DNA of 64,000 bases from an uncultured delta proteobacterium (GCA_963745835.1 CAVUZH010000024.1:329558-393557); one strand, 5' to 3'; counted from the first letter of the stretch, positions 30,552 through 43,416 are shown. A program made the numbers and translations. Notes: generated from the sequence alone by a model not told the origin.

Positions 30552-33500
30552 ATGCAGACCATTCTCGGTCCCTTCCATCCACATCTGGAGAACGCGCTAG
30601 TCGAGGAGATTTGTAAATACAAAAATGCCGACCTCATCTGCCCGCTGCTGATTTTAGTTCCTTCTGATGCCCTACGGCGCCGTTTGAAAGTTCTGCTTTC
30701 GCGGGAGCGCAGTCTATCTTTCCTAAATCTGCAACTGCTGACGTTTTATCAATTGTCGGCGAAGCTGTGCGCTGAAGCGGAGGGACTCAGTCCGCCGATC
30801 CTGCGTGAAGAGCTCTTTCTCGAAGAGGCGTTGCGCCAGATCATCCGCACGCGGCAGCCGGGCACGGAACCCTTCAGCGGTATCGAGGAACGCGCCGGCG
30901 GGTGCGCCGCGCTCTGGCAAAGCCTCAGAGATCTACGGGACGGAATGGTGCAACCGACTGTCGCGGAGGAAGCGCTGCGCGAAGGTCACTTCGATTCGAG
31001 AACACAGGAAAGGACAGCCAATCTCTTGAACCTGCTTCGGAGTTTTCTTAGTTTCTGTCACGAGCGCGACATCCGAGATTACTCCACCCTCGACAAGTTC
31101 GCCCTCGCACAGGCACCGTCATCGGTTTTCCTGGGGCAATTCGCGCAGGTTTTCTATTACGGCTTCTACGATTTAACCCAAATTCAGGTGGATCTTTTCC
31201 ATGCCGTCGCGCAAACCTACCCAACGACTCTGTTCTTCCCTCTGTTAAACACTCAGCCGGTCCATGAAGGCTGGCAATTCGCGGCGCGCTTTTATCACGG
31301 CTACGTACAGGGCCGGGCCGGTACCGAGGCGACAAACAATCTGGTGATCGAATCCGCATCACGGAGCTGAGTTGCCTCAAAGTTTCGGTATTTTTGATCA
31401 ACACCCTCTAAGGCATTACCAATCGATGCCTGCCAGTTGGCGGTGCCGGATCTTTAATACTTTCGGCATTCACGACGAGATCAGCGCGGTGGCAAAGCAA
31501 ATCCTGCTTCTGACCGGCGAGGACAACATGGCCTTCGATCAGATAGGCGTGGTCGCGCGCACTCTCGATGATTATGGCGCCACCATCAAAGAGGTCTTTG
31601 CCCAACATAAGATCCCGATCAGCGGCTCCATCGAGGAACCCGTGGTGCAGTTTCCTTTGACCAAGGCTGCCATCCTCTTGATGAACCTTGCGGCGCAAAA
31701 CTACCCGCGCTCGCACGTGATCGATCTGTTGTCGTCTGCCTATTTTCGACTGAACGGGTCGGCAAAAGAGCCAAGCGAGCTTCGTACCGATCTATGGGAT
31801 TTGGCCAGCCGGGAGCTGGCGATCTGCAAAGGAATCGAGGAGTGGCAAAGAATCGACCGGTACACCTCCCAAGGTATGAAGTTGTCCCGAGTATCGGATG
31901 ACGATGACCGGCGCTTTATCGAGATTCCAGCAGCGCAGCTGCGCACTCTGGCAACTATTTTAAAAAGACTCCATAGCCATTTATCCCGGTTACCGCAGCA
32001 CGCCTCTTGGAGTGAATATGCCGATTCATGGAAGAAATTGTTCGCGGAATATCTCGGCATCGAGCCTGAACCGAGCGCCGACTTCAACGCCGCTGATAGA
32101 TTGATCTGTAAGCAAATCATCGAGATTCTCGATGAAATCGCTGGTCTTGACGCGGTTCAGGACGATGTTCCGCTAGGCGACTTTACCGAGAGTTTTGCGC
32201 GCTGGCTCGCCCGCAGCACCATCGTCGAAAGCGATAAGAATATAGGTGGCGTCACCGTGTCGAGCGCCAGCGCCGCTCGCGGGATTAGATTTCGCGCGCT
32301 ATTCATCGTCGGCATGAACGAAGGCGTTTTCCCACGCACGATTCGTGAAGACGCGTTTCTGCGCGATCGCGATCGCGAGGTGCTGGAGCGCGATTTCGGC
32401 TACAAAGTGAGTCAGAAGCTCGCCGCTTTCGATGAAGAGAAGCTGGTTTTTACCCTGCTGGCAAACTCGGCCAGCGAGCGGCTCTATTGTTCGTTTCAGC
32501 GCTCCGATGAAAGCGGCAGAGCGTTAGCGCCGTCATGGTATCTCGACGAGCTCAAACGCGCATTTTCAGGCGGAAAGCAAAAATATGTTGCCGAAGATAC
32601 GATTCCGCGCAGCGCCATCGACAAAGCGATTTGTCATCCTTTCGATCGCGAAGAATTGCTCCTCCCGTCCGAGTTAGCTATTCGCCTCAACCTCACAGGC
32701 AGAGACTCAAAATCCTTGATCGAAGCGGCCGATCTTTCGCCCAATCTATACAAGCAAGGCCTTGAAAACATACGACGGATCGATCTCAGCACCGAGCGGG
32801 TCGGTATGTTCGACGGCATGATCCAAGCACCGGCTAAACACTGGCTGCGCTTTACACAGCACGGCCTCTCGCCCACCGCATTGGAACTTTACGCACGCTG
32901 CCCATTTCAGTACTTCGCGCGCCAGATGCTTGGACTCGAACAGTTGGAAATACCTGAAGAAGTGATCGAGCCATCGGTAGCGGAAGCCGGCAAGCTGGGT
33001 CACGACATTTTAAAAGCTACCTACCAGGTATTAATCGATGCGCGGCTATTTCACAAAAGATTCCTCATTCATCGATGTCGATACATTTTATCGGCGGCGT
33101 CTCAGGATATTTTTACCAAATATGAGAGCCGAGCATCCTGTCGGTTATCCTTTGCTCTGGGCGAGCTTTTGCGAAGGCTTAACTGAGCTTACCCGCGCTA
33201 TTCTGCACGCTGATCTCGAAGATCTCCGCCAATCGGGCTATACGCCCGTGGAATTGGAACTCGGCATAACCGGCCAGCTACCCGGTGACTGGCCCGAGGT
33301 GATTCGAGGCCTTGCAATTCGGGGACGCATCGATCGCCTGGATGTGGATCGGACCCGAAATCGTCTGCGCATTGTCGATTACAAGTTCAAACGTAGCAGC
33401 AGTGCTACTGCCGCGGAAAAGGATCTCGATACAGCCGCGCTGCGCGGCGAGAAGCTACAGCCGCCGATCTATTCGCTGCTCGGCAAGTATTGGGTGGAAG

Positions 33501-33829
33501 TCAACGAAAGAGAGATACGCAAGCCCGAAATCGAGGCCACTTTATTCTATATTGCGCCGGCCTGGAGTGATGGCCCGCTCGTGCGAAAGACATTCAGCGC
33601 GGTGACTCTCGGAAGCAAAGTCGGAGAGGAAATTAAAAAAACCGTCGCTGAGCTTGTTACCGGCATCCGATCCGGCAGATTTTTTATGCAGCCAAGCCAC
33701 TACTGCAAATATTGCGAAGTCGCGGAAATATGCCGCAAAAATCACCCGCCGAGTCTCTGGCGCACGGAAAACGATCCGATCACCGCGCCGCACCGACAGT
33801 TGCGCGAGAAAGAGTCCAAAAAGTGTTGA
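30552..33829 (+). CDS. addB: AddB-like helicase/nuclease subunit with PD-(D/E)XK and Fe-S cysteines, frameshifted
   Basis: ORFs 30552, 31372 and 33038 stitched. CPFQYF, RGRIDRLD, IVDYK, CKYCEVAEIC. Confidence 0.85.
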
Positions 33830-36800
33830 TGGTGCCGGCAAAACCGATCGAACTACCGGACGCGCATGACCGCCGCATAGCAGTCGAGACTTTCGATCGC
33901 AACCTGGTGGTCACGGCTGGAGCCGGGACCGGCAAGACAACTCTCCTGGTCGACCGGCTGGTCCATCTATTGTTGCGCAACCCGGACCCTCTGCAAATCA
34001 CGGAGATTGTCGCGCTGACTTTTACCAATAAAGCCGCCGATGAGATGAAGCAGCGGCTGCGCGATCGACTTCAAGATTACCTGCAGGCGGATCTTCGAAA
34101 CGAGCCGGTCGAGGAGACGAAAAAGAAGCTGCAACAACAGGTTGAATCGTTTATTGGGACGTATCAACTCTCTAAAGACGAGCTCGACCGCCGCGTGCAG
34201 GAGGCATTGCGCAATCTCGAGCGCGCCGAGATCGGCACGATTCACAGCTTTGCGGCCACTCTTTTGCGCCTTTTCCCATTAGAAGCCGGCGTCGATCCGC
34301 AGTTTGGTGAGGACGACGGCAAACAGTTCCGGCGCATCTTTGGCCAGCAGTGGAATCTCTGGCTCGATCACCAGCTCGCGCTCGAAAACAGCCACGCCGA
34401 CGATTGGCGCAAGGTTCTCAAACAGCTCACGCTCGAGCAGATTGAAGAGCTGGCGAAATCTTTATGCTCCGAAACTGTTCAGCTCGATCAGCTCGAACCG
34501 AGCAAACTAGGACAGGCCATCTTGCGCTCATGGCTGCGCAACCTTCTCGAAAGCGCCTCCGGCTTAAGCCAACGCCATCCGGAAGATCGGATCAACGAGA
34601 GGCTCGTGCGCGCCGCATCGATGGTGATCCAGGCATTTCTCGATGGCGGTGATTTTAGCGGGCCGGCTTTAGCCGAACAAAGCGCTTATTTGCTCGAGCG
34701 CTCCATCGACCGGGACACCAAAGGCTGGAGCGAATGCGATGTCGAGGAGGCCCAGAGGTTACTTAGGGCGGCAAAAGGCTTGTGCAGAGTCGATGCAGAT
34801 TTGTCCCGGCTTATCTGGCAACTCCTGGTGCCCTACGCCGCGCGTTTCCGCGAGACATTTGTCCATGAAGGATTCATCTCATTCGACGGCCTGCTGATTC
34901 GCGCGCGCAATTTGGTCCGCGACCATCTGCGCGTGCGTGAAGAATTGAAGCGCCAGTATAGGACGATTCTCATCGATGAATTTCAGGACACCGATCCGAT
35001 TCAGTACGAGATTCTACTTTATCTGGCTGAACAGCCCGGCAACTCGGCCACCGATTGGCGCAAAATCAAACTGACCCCCGGGAAAATTTTTGTCGTCGGC
35101 GATCCCAAGCAATCGATTTATGCATTCAGGCGCGCCGACATCGAGGCTTACCTGGAAGTGGTCGAGAAAATCATCAAAGCGCAAAACGGCGTTGAATGCC
35201 GTTTGGTTACCAACTTTCGCAGCGATGCAGCGATTATCAATGTCATCAACGGCGTCTTTTTACCCCTGATCCAGCCACAAACCGGTGTGCAGCCGCTCTA
35301 CATAGGAATCGAACCGGCGCCGCAGCAGAGCTTCGCGTCGCATCGCCGGCACCGGCAAATCTCTGCCGAAAGTGCTCGTACGAAAGATCGTAGCCCCGGA
35401 TGAAGAGGTGGACGCCGACACGGCTCGCCGTCTCGAAGGCGAGAGTCTCGCAGCTTGGCTCCAGGATCAGGTGTTGGAACCGGGCCAGCTTCGTCAATGC
35501 AGAAGGCGAGCAGGCTCAGGCGCAGCCCAAAGACATTGCGATGCTTTTCCGCAAGCTCACCGACATTCATGATTATCTCGAACCGCTGCGGCGTCGCGGC
35601 ATTCGTTATGTCGTTGAAGGGGAGCGCCATTTCTATGCCGCCAAAGAAATCATCGATGCCGTCAATTTGCTTCGAGCCATCGACAATCCCAACGATCGCT
35701 TGGCGCTCGTCGGCGTCCTGCGCTCGCCCATCGGCGGCATGACAGATCAGAGTCTTTATGATCTGCACTGCCAAAATCTACTCGACTACCGTCTTTCGGA
35801 ACAGGTTAGCGGTAAGGATTTTCCACCGGCGCTGGCAGAACTTTACGCTACCTTAGCCAAGCTGCACAGGGACTGCCGCACCTTGCCGGTGGGCGACGCC
35901 GTATCCCACATATTCCATGCTCTGCCGCTAAAGCTTTTGGCGGCAAGCCATCTTCACGGCGAACAGGCGGTTGCTAACCTCGATAAGTTGCGCCGGCAGG
36001 CCGAACTGCTCGGGCGCGAAGATAGCGCGATGACCTTCAAAACAGCTATCCGCCAGCTGCAACAGCGCGTGCTCGACGTCGAAGAGGAAGGCGAAAGCGT
36101 GCTCGCCGAAGAAGCTGTCGATGCGGTGCGCATCATGAGTATCCACAAATCGAAGGGACTTGAATTTCCGATTGTGATTCTCGCCGGCTGCCACGCCGGC
36201 ATTAATGGCCGGCAGAAACGGCCGGCAGAAGCGCTGTTCGATTGGTCCAGCGGACTCACCGGACTTCATGTCGGCTCGTTCACCGATTTGGCCGGCGTCT
36301 ACATCGCTGAAAAAAACCGGCTGAGAGCCGAGGAAGAAACCAAGCGAGTGCTTTACGTGGCGATGACCCGCGCTCGAGAGCACTTGATTGTTTCGGCCGG
36401 CCCGAGCACCAAAAAAGGCGCCGGCAATTTTGTCGGCATGTTGGATGAAGCGCTCGACGATCAGATCGGCGAGGCCGCTCAGTCGAGTTTGATCGACATC
36501 GGCGGTGCCAGGCTTGAAGTGGAACTCGTCGAGGCGAGTCTTACTGCGCCGGGGCCGGCCACCAGCAAGAAAAAGCCCGCCGATAGAAAAAGCAATTGGC
36601 AGAGCTACATCGACACATGGCAGCGCCGTGGGGAAATCTATGGAGCGGCTCTAAAAACACCGGCCTTTGTGACGCCGACGTCGCTCAAACGCAACGAGCA
36701 AGAGCTGAGCGAAGCGGCGGCGACGACTCAGCGATTCGCGCAGGGGCGCACCCCGGCCATGCTCATCGGAGAACTGGCGCACCGATTTCTCGAAGACTGG

Positions 36801-37268
36801 GATTTCGGCAGCGATAAAAAATTATTGAGCAGTCAACTCGATCGTTTTCTTTCTACATCGCTGCCGGCCCAATACCGCGCAGACGCCGATTCCATAGGCG
36901 AAGAGCTGAAAACCATTTTCGAGCGATTTCTAAATTCAAATCTCTACACCGAACTATCCAAGGCTCAGATCCTCGGCCGCGAAGTGCCGCTATTGATCCC
37001 ATGGAACGGCCAGATCATGGAAGGGGTCATTGATCTGATCTATGAGCGCAAGGGTTTGCTTTACCTGGCCGACTATAAGACAGATACGATCGAAAGGAAG
37101 GATTTGCCGCTGCGCGCGCAATCTTACCGCCAACAAGCTGAGATTTACTCGGAAGCGGCGCGCCGCAGCTTGAAACGAGAAATCGCGGCTTTCAAATTGA
37201 TTTTTTTGCGGCTCGGCGAGGCAGTGGAGGTCGATCTTAATTCAAACAAGGAGCTGTGGCTTTTCTAG
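33829..37268 (+). CDS. addA: AddA-like UvrD helicase-nuclease, frameshifted
   Basis: AGAGTGKT, TFTNKAA, DEFQDTD, VGDPKQSIY, SIHKSKGLEF, YVAMTRA, GVIDL, DYKT. Confidence 0.9.
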
Positions 37269-37270
37269 AT

Positions 37271-37882
37271 ATGACCATGAGAACTTTCTTTTTCGATATT
37301 GAGACCATTCCCACCGACCAGTCCCTGACCGACAACAATCTGTTCGCTGCGCAAATGCATCTCGATGAGGCCGAGATTATCAAGAAGCTAAGTCTTTCCG
37401 CCGCAACCGCGAGGATTCTCTGCTTGGCCTACGCCATCGAGCCGCAAGCCGACTCCCCTGTCGAGATCCTGCATGGAACCGAGGCCGAGATCATCAGCAG
37501 TTTTTGGAAGCTGGCCGGGGATTGTGATTTGTTCGTCGGGCATAATGTCTTCGATTTCGATCTGCGGTTTATTTATCAGCGTTCGATCATTCATCAGATC
37601 AAGCCTTCGCGTGAGATCCCGTTGGCCCGTTTTCGCAGCCATCCGGTTTACGACACGATGCAAGAATGGAGTCAGTGGGGCCGCGAACACGTGAGCCTGG
37701 ATCTGCTCGCGCGCGCCCTTGGGATCCCATCCCCGAAACAAAGCCTGGACGGCTCCAAAGTATATCCCTACTTTTGTGCGGGAAAACTGCCGGATATCTG
37801 TGACTACTGCAAACGCGATGTCGAAACTGTGCGGCAGGTCTATCGCCGCCTTACGTTTACTTACGTCCCTCCGCAACTATGA
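37271..37882 (+). CDS. RNase H-like 3'-5' exonuclease (PolB proofreading-related)
   Basis: FDIET, GHNVFDFD, YCKRDV (Exo I-III). Confidence 0.88.
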   Translation: MTMRTFFFDIETIPTDQSLTDNNLFAAQMHLDEAEIIKKLSLSAATARILCLAYAIEPQADSPVEILHGTEAEIISSFWKLAGDCDLFVGHNVFDFDLRFIYQRSIIHQIKPSREIPLARFRSHPVYDTMQEWSQWGREHVSLDLLARALGIPSPKQSLDGSKVYPYFCAGKLPDICDYCKRDVETVRQVYRRLTFTYVPPQL

Positions 37883-37976
37883 TTTCGTCAGGACTGCAGG
37901 CAGCCAGCCTGTACTCGCGCTGTGATCCTACAGACTGCCGGTGTCTGTCCCAGAGGTCCGTTACGTTTTTCGGCCG

Positions 37977-38753
37977 ATAGGGGTCGGAAACGGCTTTCGC
38001 CGTCCCCGCCCTCCGAACCGTGCGTGCGGTTCTCCCGCACACGGCTCTCCAGTCGGTGGTTTCCTCATCGGGATTGGCTCGCTAGCTTGCAGGCTGTAGT
38101 CATGGTGAACAGTCCTGGGCCGCGATATGTATTTGCCAGCGACGAATCGGCTCTACACTTTGTCGATCAGGCTGAACCATTTACCTCCTTTGACGCCGTT
38201 TCCCAGCGCCGCCAGCATGCGCTCGTTCCACACCGAAGCTTCCACCCACGACCAATCCCGGCCGTGTGGCTCTGCGCCTTGTGTAGCCCGGGCACTACCG
38301 GCGCTTCGCTTTCGCTCTGCTTCGTTGTGCCACTCACGTTTCCACCTTCCTATCTCCCTTCCCTCGGCGCGGCTTTGCTTTCCGCACCTGGCGCGGCTTT
38401 CACCGCTTCGGTACTATGGAGACTCTAACTCCTGCGCCGCTCACCATCCACAGCGCAGGTCTCCCCGCTTACTGCGCTACACCTTCCTGTCGTTCCGTCT
38501 CCAACCACGTCGGGCTGCCTGATCATCGCTTACCACCACGCCAGCGTGACCAGCGAGTTTCGGACTTCGCCATGAATGAGCAGGCTCGTCGCAGCTCCCC
38601 GCCGAATCGAGTTCGTTATCCTACGGACCGACAGTTCGCCTCCGGTTGCTCTCCACGCCGCTTCGAGCCGACGCAGTTACCTTCAGCTACGGAGCTGTGG
38701 CATACTCCGACACGGACTTTCACCGTGCTGATGTGGCGCCATCACGGGCGCAC
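37977..38753 (-). mobile_element. Group II intron with internally deleted RT/maturase ORF
   Basis: 5' GTGCGCCCG at 38753; domain V GAGCCGTGTGCGGGAGAACCGCACGCACGGTTC; domain VI ending CCCTAT at 37977. Remnant IEP peptide VWNERMLAALGNGVKGGKWFSLIDKV-stop. Confidence 0.92.
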
Positions 38754-38851
38754 TCATTCCGGGCAAACCCCCGGATCACAGTCCGGGGGTGGCGCGACCC
38801 GGAATCCAGGAAATTCAAAGAAAGCTGGTTTCCCGCTTTCGCGAGAATAAC
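38754..38851. repeat. REP-like palindrome forming the intron 5' exon
   Basis: TCATTCCGGG...CCCGGAATCCAG...CTGGTTTCCCGCTTTCGCGAGAATAAC. Confidence 0.7.
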
Positions 38852-38981
38852 TCCTAGGAGCTCCGAATCTGAATCCAAGTTATGGTCACCACACTATTGG
38901 GCATAAATTTAAGCATTACCAAAGACTCGATTCGATTTTTTCACCCCCGGTACCATTGAATACAAGAAGGAGGAAAACAGA

Positions 38982-39263
38982 ATGGATTTCGAAAAAGCAA
39001 AACTCAATCCCGCGGCCGTTTTCAAGAGCCCTCAAGAAGTCGTTTCAAACCAGGAATTGTCGCGCGAACAAAAAATTGAAATTCTCAAACAATGGGAACA
39101 GGACGCTAGGTTGATGGAAGTCGCCGAGGAAGAGAACATGCCCGGCCCGCAACCCAAGCTGCTCCAGCCGATTCGCGAGGCTCTGCACGCGCTTAACTAT
39201 TGGCCGGATACGGAGAAATCGGGGCAAGCAAAGTCTGATAAAAATCCTACCTCGGGCTGCTGA
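38982..39263 (+). CDS. Small hypothetical protein
   Basis: AAGGAGG RBS; PAAVFKSPQEVV...KIEILKQWEQDA...AEEENM. Confidence 0.8.
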   Translation: MDFEKAKLNPAAVFKSPQEVVSNQELSREQKIEILKQWEQDARLMEVAEEENMPGPQPKLLQPIREALHALNYWPDTEKSGQAKSDKNPTSGC

Positions 39264-39405
39264 GTAAGAACGGCGCGGACACGCCATTTGTGCGATGGTA
39301 TTTCCCACTATCTTTGCAGTCCGAGGTTGTTTGCGAGAAACTATTTTGGACAAGAGTGCTCCCGGTCCCTTTTCTTTTCCTCGTGGTATGATCCGGCGGC
39401 AAGGG

Positions 39406-40326
39406 ATGGGATACAAAAGATTTATTCCGCTGTTTGCTTTCGGCGTATTTTGCATCGCCGCCTATCTCCTCTATCGTGCGCTCAGCGCATACGAGCGCGC
39501 CAAGATCGTCGAAGCCATTTTCGCCATTCCGCGGCCGCGTTTGGCGCTGGGCGCGTTGTTCGTCGGCGCCAGCTACTTCTCGCTCACCCTCTTCGATACG
39601 CTCGCTGTTCGGTACATCGGCGCCAAGCTTCCCTACCGGCGCATTGCACTAGCCTCCTTCACGGCCCTCTCCCTTGGACACACGCTCGGCGTCGCCGCCG
39701 CTAGCAGCGGCGCTATCCGCTACCGCCTCTACTCCCGCTGGGGCATCGGCCCAGGCGACATTGCAAGGATCATACTTTTCTGCGCTGTGACCGCAGGTCT
39801 CGGTCTCAACACGCTGATGGGGCTCGCGCTCTTGTTGCAGGCGCATGTGGCAACGAAGCTGCTGGGGTTTAGCCGCGCCGGCGCCATCGCTCTCGGCGCC
39901 GCGTGCCTTCTGTTAACCGCGCTGTACGTGGTCCTTGCGGCCGTGCTGCCCCGACCGCTGGCGATCAGGCGGTGGGAGATCCCGATGCCGCCGGTCAAGC
40001 TCGCGTTGGCGCAGGTTTCGATTGGCACAATGAACTTCTGTTTCGTCGCTGCGGCCTTGTACGAGTTGCTTCCGGCGACCGTAGGCGTCGGATATTTCGC
40101 CGTTGCCACGGTTTACGTGCTCGCTAGCGTGGCAAGCATCGTCAGCCACGTGCCCGGCGGTCTCGGGGTGCTCGAAGCCGTCGTGATTCACGTTCTGCCG
40201 GAGGCATCCGTGATCGGCGCGCTTGTCGTTTTTCGCTTTATTTACTTCCTGGTGCCGTTCACAATCGGCGCGGTTCTGTTCGCAGCCTGTGAGCTAGTGC
40301 AGCGGCGTGGTTCTTTCCACTCATAG
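39406..40326 (+). CDS. UPF0104/lysylphosphatidylglycerol-synthase TM (flippase-like) protein
   Basis: SSGAIRYRLYSRWG, SHVPGGLGVLEA, FRFIYFLVP; multi-TM. Confidence 0.88.
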   Translation: MGYKRFIPLFAFGVFCIAAYLLYRALSAYERAKIVEAIFAIPRPRLALGALFVGASYFSLTLFDTLAVRYIGAKLPYRRIALASFTALSLGHTLGVAAASSGAIRYRLYSRWGIGPGDIARIILFCAVTAGLGLNTLMGLALLLQAHVATKLLGFSRAGAIALGAACLLLTALYVVLAAVLPRPLAIRRWEIPMPPVKLALAQVSIGTMNFCFVAAALYELLPATVGVGYFAVATVYVLASVASIVSHVPGGLGVLEAVVIHVLPEASVIGALVVFRFIYFLVPFTIGAVLFAACELVQRRGSFHS

Positions 40327-40555
40327 TTTCATGTTTTCGCAATTGCGAAAACGTGAAAGTGAGCTTTTCGATCTTTCGAGAATTCTTGAAGGGTAGGACT
40401 ACCCGAGTAGATGTTCGTTCGGTCCAGCTACTGCTAGATTCCAATCGGCGCACCCTGGTTTTTGTCCGCGCCGTTTCGTGAAATCTTAATGGCACTGGGT
40501 CAATATCTTGCGCGGGTGCGCACTTGGTGTATGTCTGCCGGTTCTACGATCGCTC

Positions 40556-41575
40556 TTAAAGTCCGTATCTCTTTTTCGCCTCGGCGATGAAGCCGGTTTC
40601 TTCGAGCGTCTTGACGAAACTGCCATTGATGATCTGATGAATATCCAACTGGCCAACTTTGGGAGTCACTCGTGCAACATACTTTTGGATATTTTTCCAA
40701 GCCTCGGGATCCGGCGCTACATCGAGCGAGGAAACCGTCCGCAGTGCGTTGTAAGAGGTCTCGGCGTCCTCGTCCGTGCTCAGCCGAAGGTGTTTCTTTA
40801 GCACCTCCATCACCTCTCGTTTGTTACGCGGGCTTTGAATAAAGACCACGCCCTCAACCATCCCTTTCACCAAGCGCATGATCAGGTCGGGCGAATTAGC
40901 GATCCGGTCGCTGCGCGTACAAACGCCGACTCCCTGATACGGAACCTTCAGATCCGCGGTACTCGCTAAGCCGCGCAGGCCGGCCCGTTTTGCCACCGCC
41001 GCCGAAGCCTGGGTGATCACCGCCGCGTCGATGTTCGAAGCGAGCAGCGCTTGGAGAATGGTCGGCTCGTCCCCGATCACGCGCATCTGCAATTTGTACT
41101 TGTCGGCGTCGACGCCGAGCCGATCCAAAACGATCATCGTTTGCAACCAGAAGCCGCCGCCGATGCTCTGCACCCCGAAGATTTTCTCGCGCAGCGCGCC
41201 AAGGGAGTTGATCTCCTTGCGCACGATTAGCTCCCGCGCAATCTTATTGAAGGGACTCGCGACACAGCCGAGCTTTGCTCCGCCGGAGACGCCGCTGATG
41301 ACCGACGAAACGGCCGGCCAAAAAGCCTGTACATCTCCCGCCATCACAGCGGTCAGGCTGATCTGGCCGTTGCGCACCTGGAGCATGTTCACGTCCAGGC
41401 CGTAGCTCTTGAAAATGCCCTTGTCCACCGCAACCCACATCGGGCCGACGGTCTCATTGTGGCCGCCGTAGGAAATCAGAAGCTTGTCCTGGGCCTGAGG
41501 TGCCGAGAGCATCGCCAGTATCAATATTAGAAAAACGCTGGTGCAAACAATCGGGTGCTTGCGTGTGGAATGCAC
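40556..41575 (-). CDS. ABC substrate-binding protein, NMT1/SsuA-like
   Basis: Signal-like N-terminus; WVAVDKGIFKSYGLDV; ALLASNIDAA. Confidence 0.85.
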   Translation of the reverse strand: MHSTRKHPIVCTSVFLILILAMLSAPQAQDKLLISYGGHNETVGPMWVAVDKGIFKSYGLDVNMLQVRNGQISLTAVMAGDVQAFWPAVSSVISGVSGGAKLGCVASPFNKIARELIVRKEINSLGALREKIFGVQSIGGGFWLQTMIVLDRLGVDADKYKLQMRVIGDEPTILQALLASNIDAAVITQASAAVAKRAGLRGLASTADLKVPYQGVGVCTRSDRIANSPDLIMRLVKGMVEGVVFIQSPRNKREVMEVLKKHLRLSTDEDAETSYNALRTVSSLDVAPDPEAWKNIQKYVARVTPKVGQLDIHQIINGSFVKTLEETGFIAEAKKRYGL

Positions 41576-41946
41576 GATTTACCTCCGAAAAGTAGGCTAT
41601 TCTTCTACTCGCTCCGCGGCCGGCGCCGGTAGCGCAACCTATCGCGGAACCACACTTACTTCAATTACATGAATTACGTTGAGCAAACCTGCAGCCGAAA
41701 AGAGGGGGCAACTCATGAAAAGTTGCTTCGCAAAATTCTCTGTTGTGAAATACGTAACGGCGGGGCGTGTACCGACTTCGCACAGGTGGAATTAAAATTC
41801 ATAGCCCTAAGGCTTTAACTCTCATAATTGGTCGAGGATGTGTTGGCTAGCCTATTCTCCCGAACCCAGTCGCCGGTTCATTGCAATGGTGGCGGTGCTT
41901 GGTACGTTGAAACTGAAAATTTCGTCCGGAGAGGGAAGGAGGTTTT

Positions 41947-42099
41947 ATGGCCACCCAGAAGCAACGCGCCGCAGCTCGGAAGAACATCAAAAAAGCCGCG
42001 AAGGCGGCAAAACGAAAACAAACTTTAAAACACTTGCCGAAGAAAACGCGACGAGCGCTCGGACAACAGGCCGCCAAAGTCAGACAATCACGGCGCTGA
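41947..42099 (+). CDS. 50-aa Lys/Arg/Ala-rich basic protein
   Basis: AAGGAGG RBS; MATQKQRAAARKNIKKAAKAAKRKQTLKHLPKKTRRALGQQAAKVRQSRR; below the ORF-track cutoff. Confidence 0.8.
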   Translation: MATQKQRAAARKNIKKAAKAAKRKQTLKHLPKKTRRALGQQAAKVRQSRR

Positions 42100-42218
42100 C
42101 TTTGAAGTGAGACAACTAAACCACTCATCTAATTGATTAATTCTTGTCTCAGACATCGGTCGTGTGTGGCATATAACAACAATTTGGCTGCTTCGGTTGT
42201 TTCATGGATCAATCTCCT

Positions 42219-43303
42219 CTAGGCGGCAACTCCGAACAACCGGAGCGCGTTCTGGCCAAGGATGCTGCTTTAGCCTGCGCCGATAGATCTTCCCGCGCAT
42301 TGATCACCGGCACCGTGTTGGGCCAGCTTCCCATGGTATCGGCGTGCGGGTAATCGGTGCCGACCACCCAGTTTTGATGGCCGTATCGCTCGACCAGAAC
42401 GCCCAACAATGCCTCATTCGTTCGTACGGAGAAATACAAGCGGTCGAGATAGTCGATCGGTTCTCGCTTGGGCTTCGTGAGTCAGTCTGTCGTAATCCCC
42501 TTCACCGGAATAGACCGCGGCAAGACCCTCCATCAGATGCGGCACCTGCGTGCCACCGCCTTCGAGAAAACAGAAGCGCAGTTTCGGGAAACGCGTCGAG
42601 CACGCCACCGAACATGAGATTCGCGATGGTGATGGAATTCTCCATCGAGTTCCCAGGGCGCTCCAAAAGCCATAACCCCGCGTGGCGTAGTGCCGCGTCA
42701 TACGCCAGCCGCCGACGATTGGCCCGGTGTTCACCGGATGAAAAATGATCGGGACGCCGAGCTCTTCGGCTTTGGCGTAAACCGGCCAGAACTCTTCCCC
42801 GTCGAGATCGTTGTCACCGACAGTCGTATAACACACGGCGCCTTTGATGCCGAGTTCGCGCACGGCCCGATCCAGCTCATCGCTGGCGATCTGCGGCGCT
42901 TGCATCGGCAGCGTTGCCAAGCCGAGAAATTCCCGGGGTATTTTTTTACGATACGGCCGATGGCGTTGTTATACGACCGGCAAACCGCCGCTCCGAGCTC
43001 GGGCTCGACATCATAATAAAACGAGCCATTGCTCGGCACGAGGACTTGAATGTCGATGTTCGCTTTCTCCATGTCCGCGACACGAACTTCCGGTTTATTG
43101 CCTGACGAACGCGGCCTCGGATTAAACGGGTTTGGAATGGTACGCGCATAATCAGGAATGTTTCGTTGGCGCGCCGGGTAAACCACGCAGGAGTTTCCCT
43201 TCTCGTCCGTTTCGATACGTGGACCTTCCTGCCGAAATACCGCCGGAACATCGGCAAAAGCATCCTCAGGTAAAATGTGCGAGTCACAATCCACGTATGG
43301 CAT
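42219..43303 (-). CDS. Amidohydrolase_2 family protein, frameshifted
   Basis: VDCDSH, IIFHP, FLEGG, GTDYPH across three frames. Confidence 0.85.
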
Positions 43304-43416
43304 GGCATCTCCTTTGATAAACAAGTAACTCCGGGCCTACTTGGTCGAAAGCCTCTTGGCGCAAAGTATACGAGCCACAACCTACATAGACCATGTTTTC
43401 GCTTCCGGCTGGCCGA

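Noticed and set aside
30552-37882. Helicase-nuclease-exonuclease trio as a novel defence system (Cas4-like nuclease)
   Set aside because: Gene order and motifs match housekeeping AddAB recombination genes.
37922-38850. Plus-strand ORFs 37922..38428 and 38416..38850
   Set aside because: They are antisense to the group II intron RNA and have no protein motifs.
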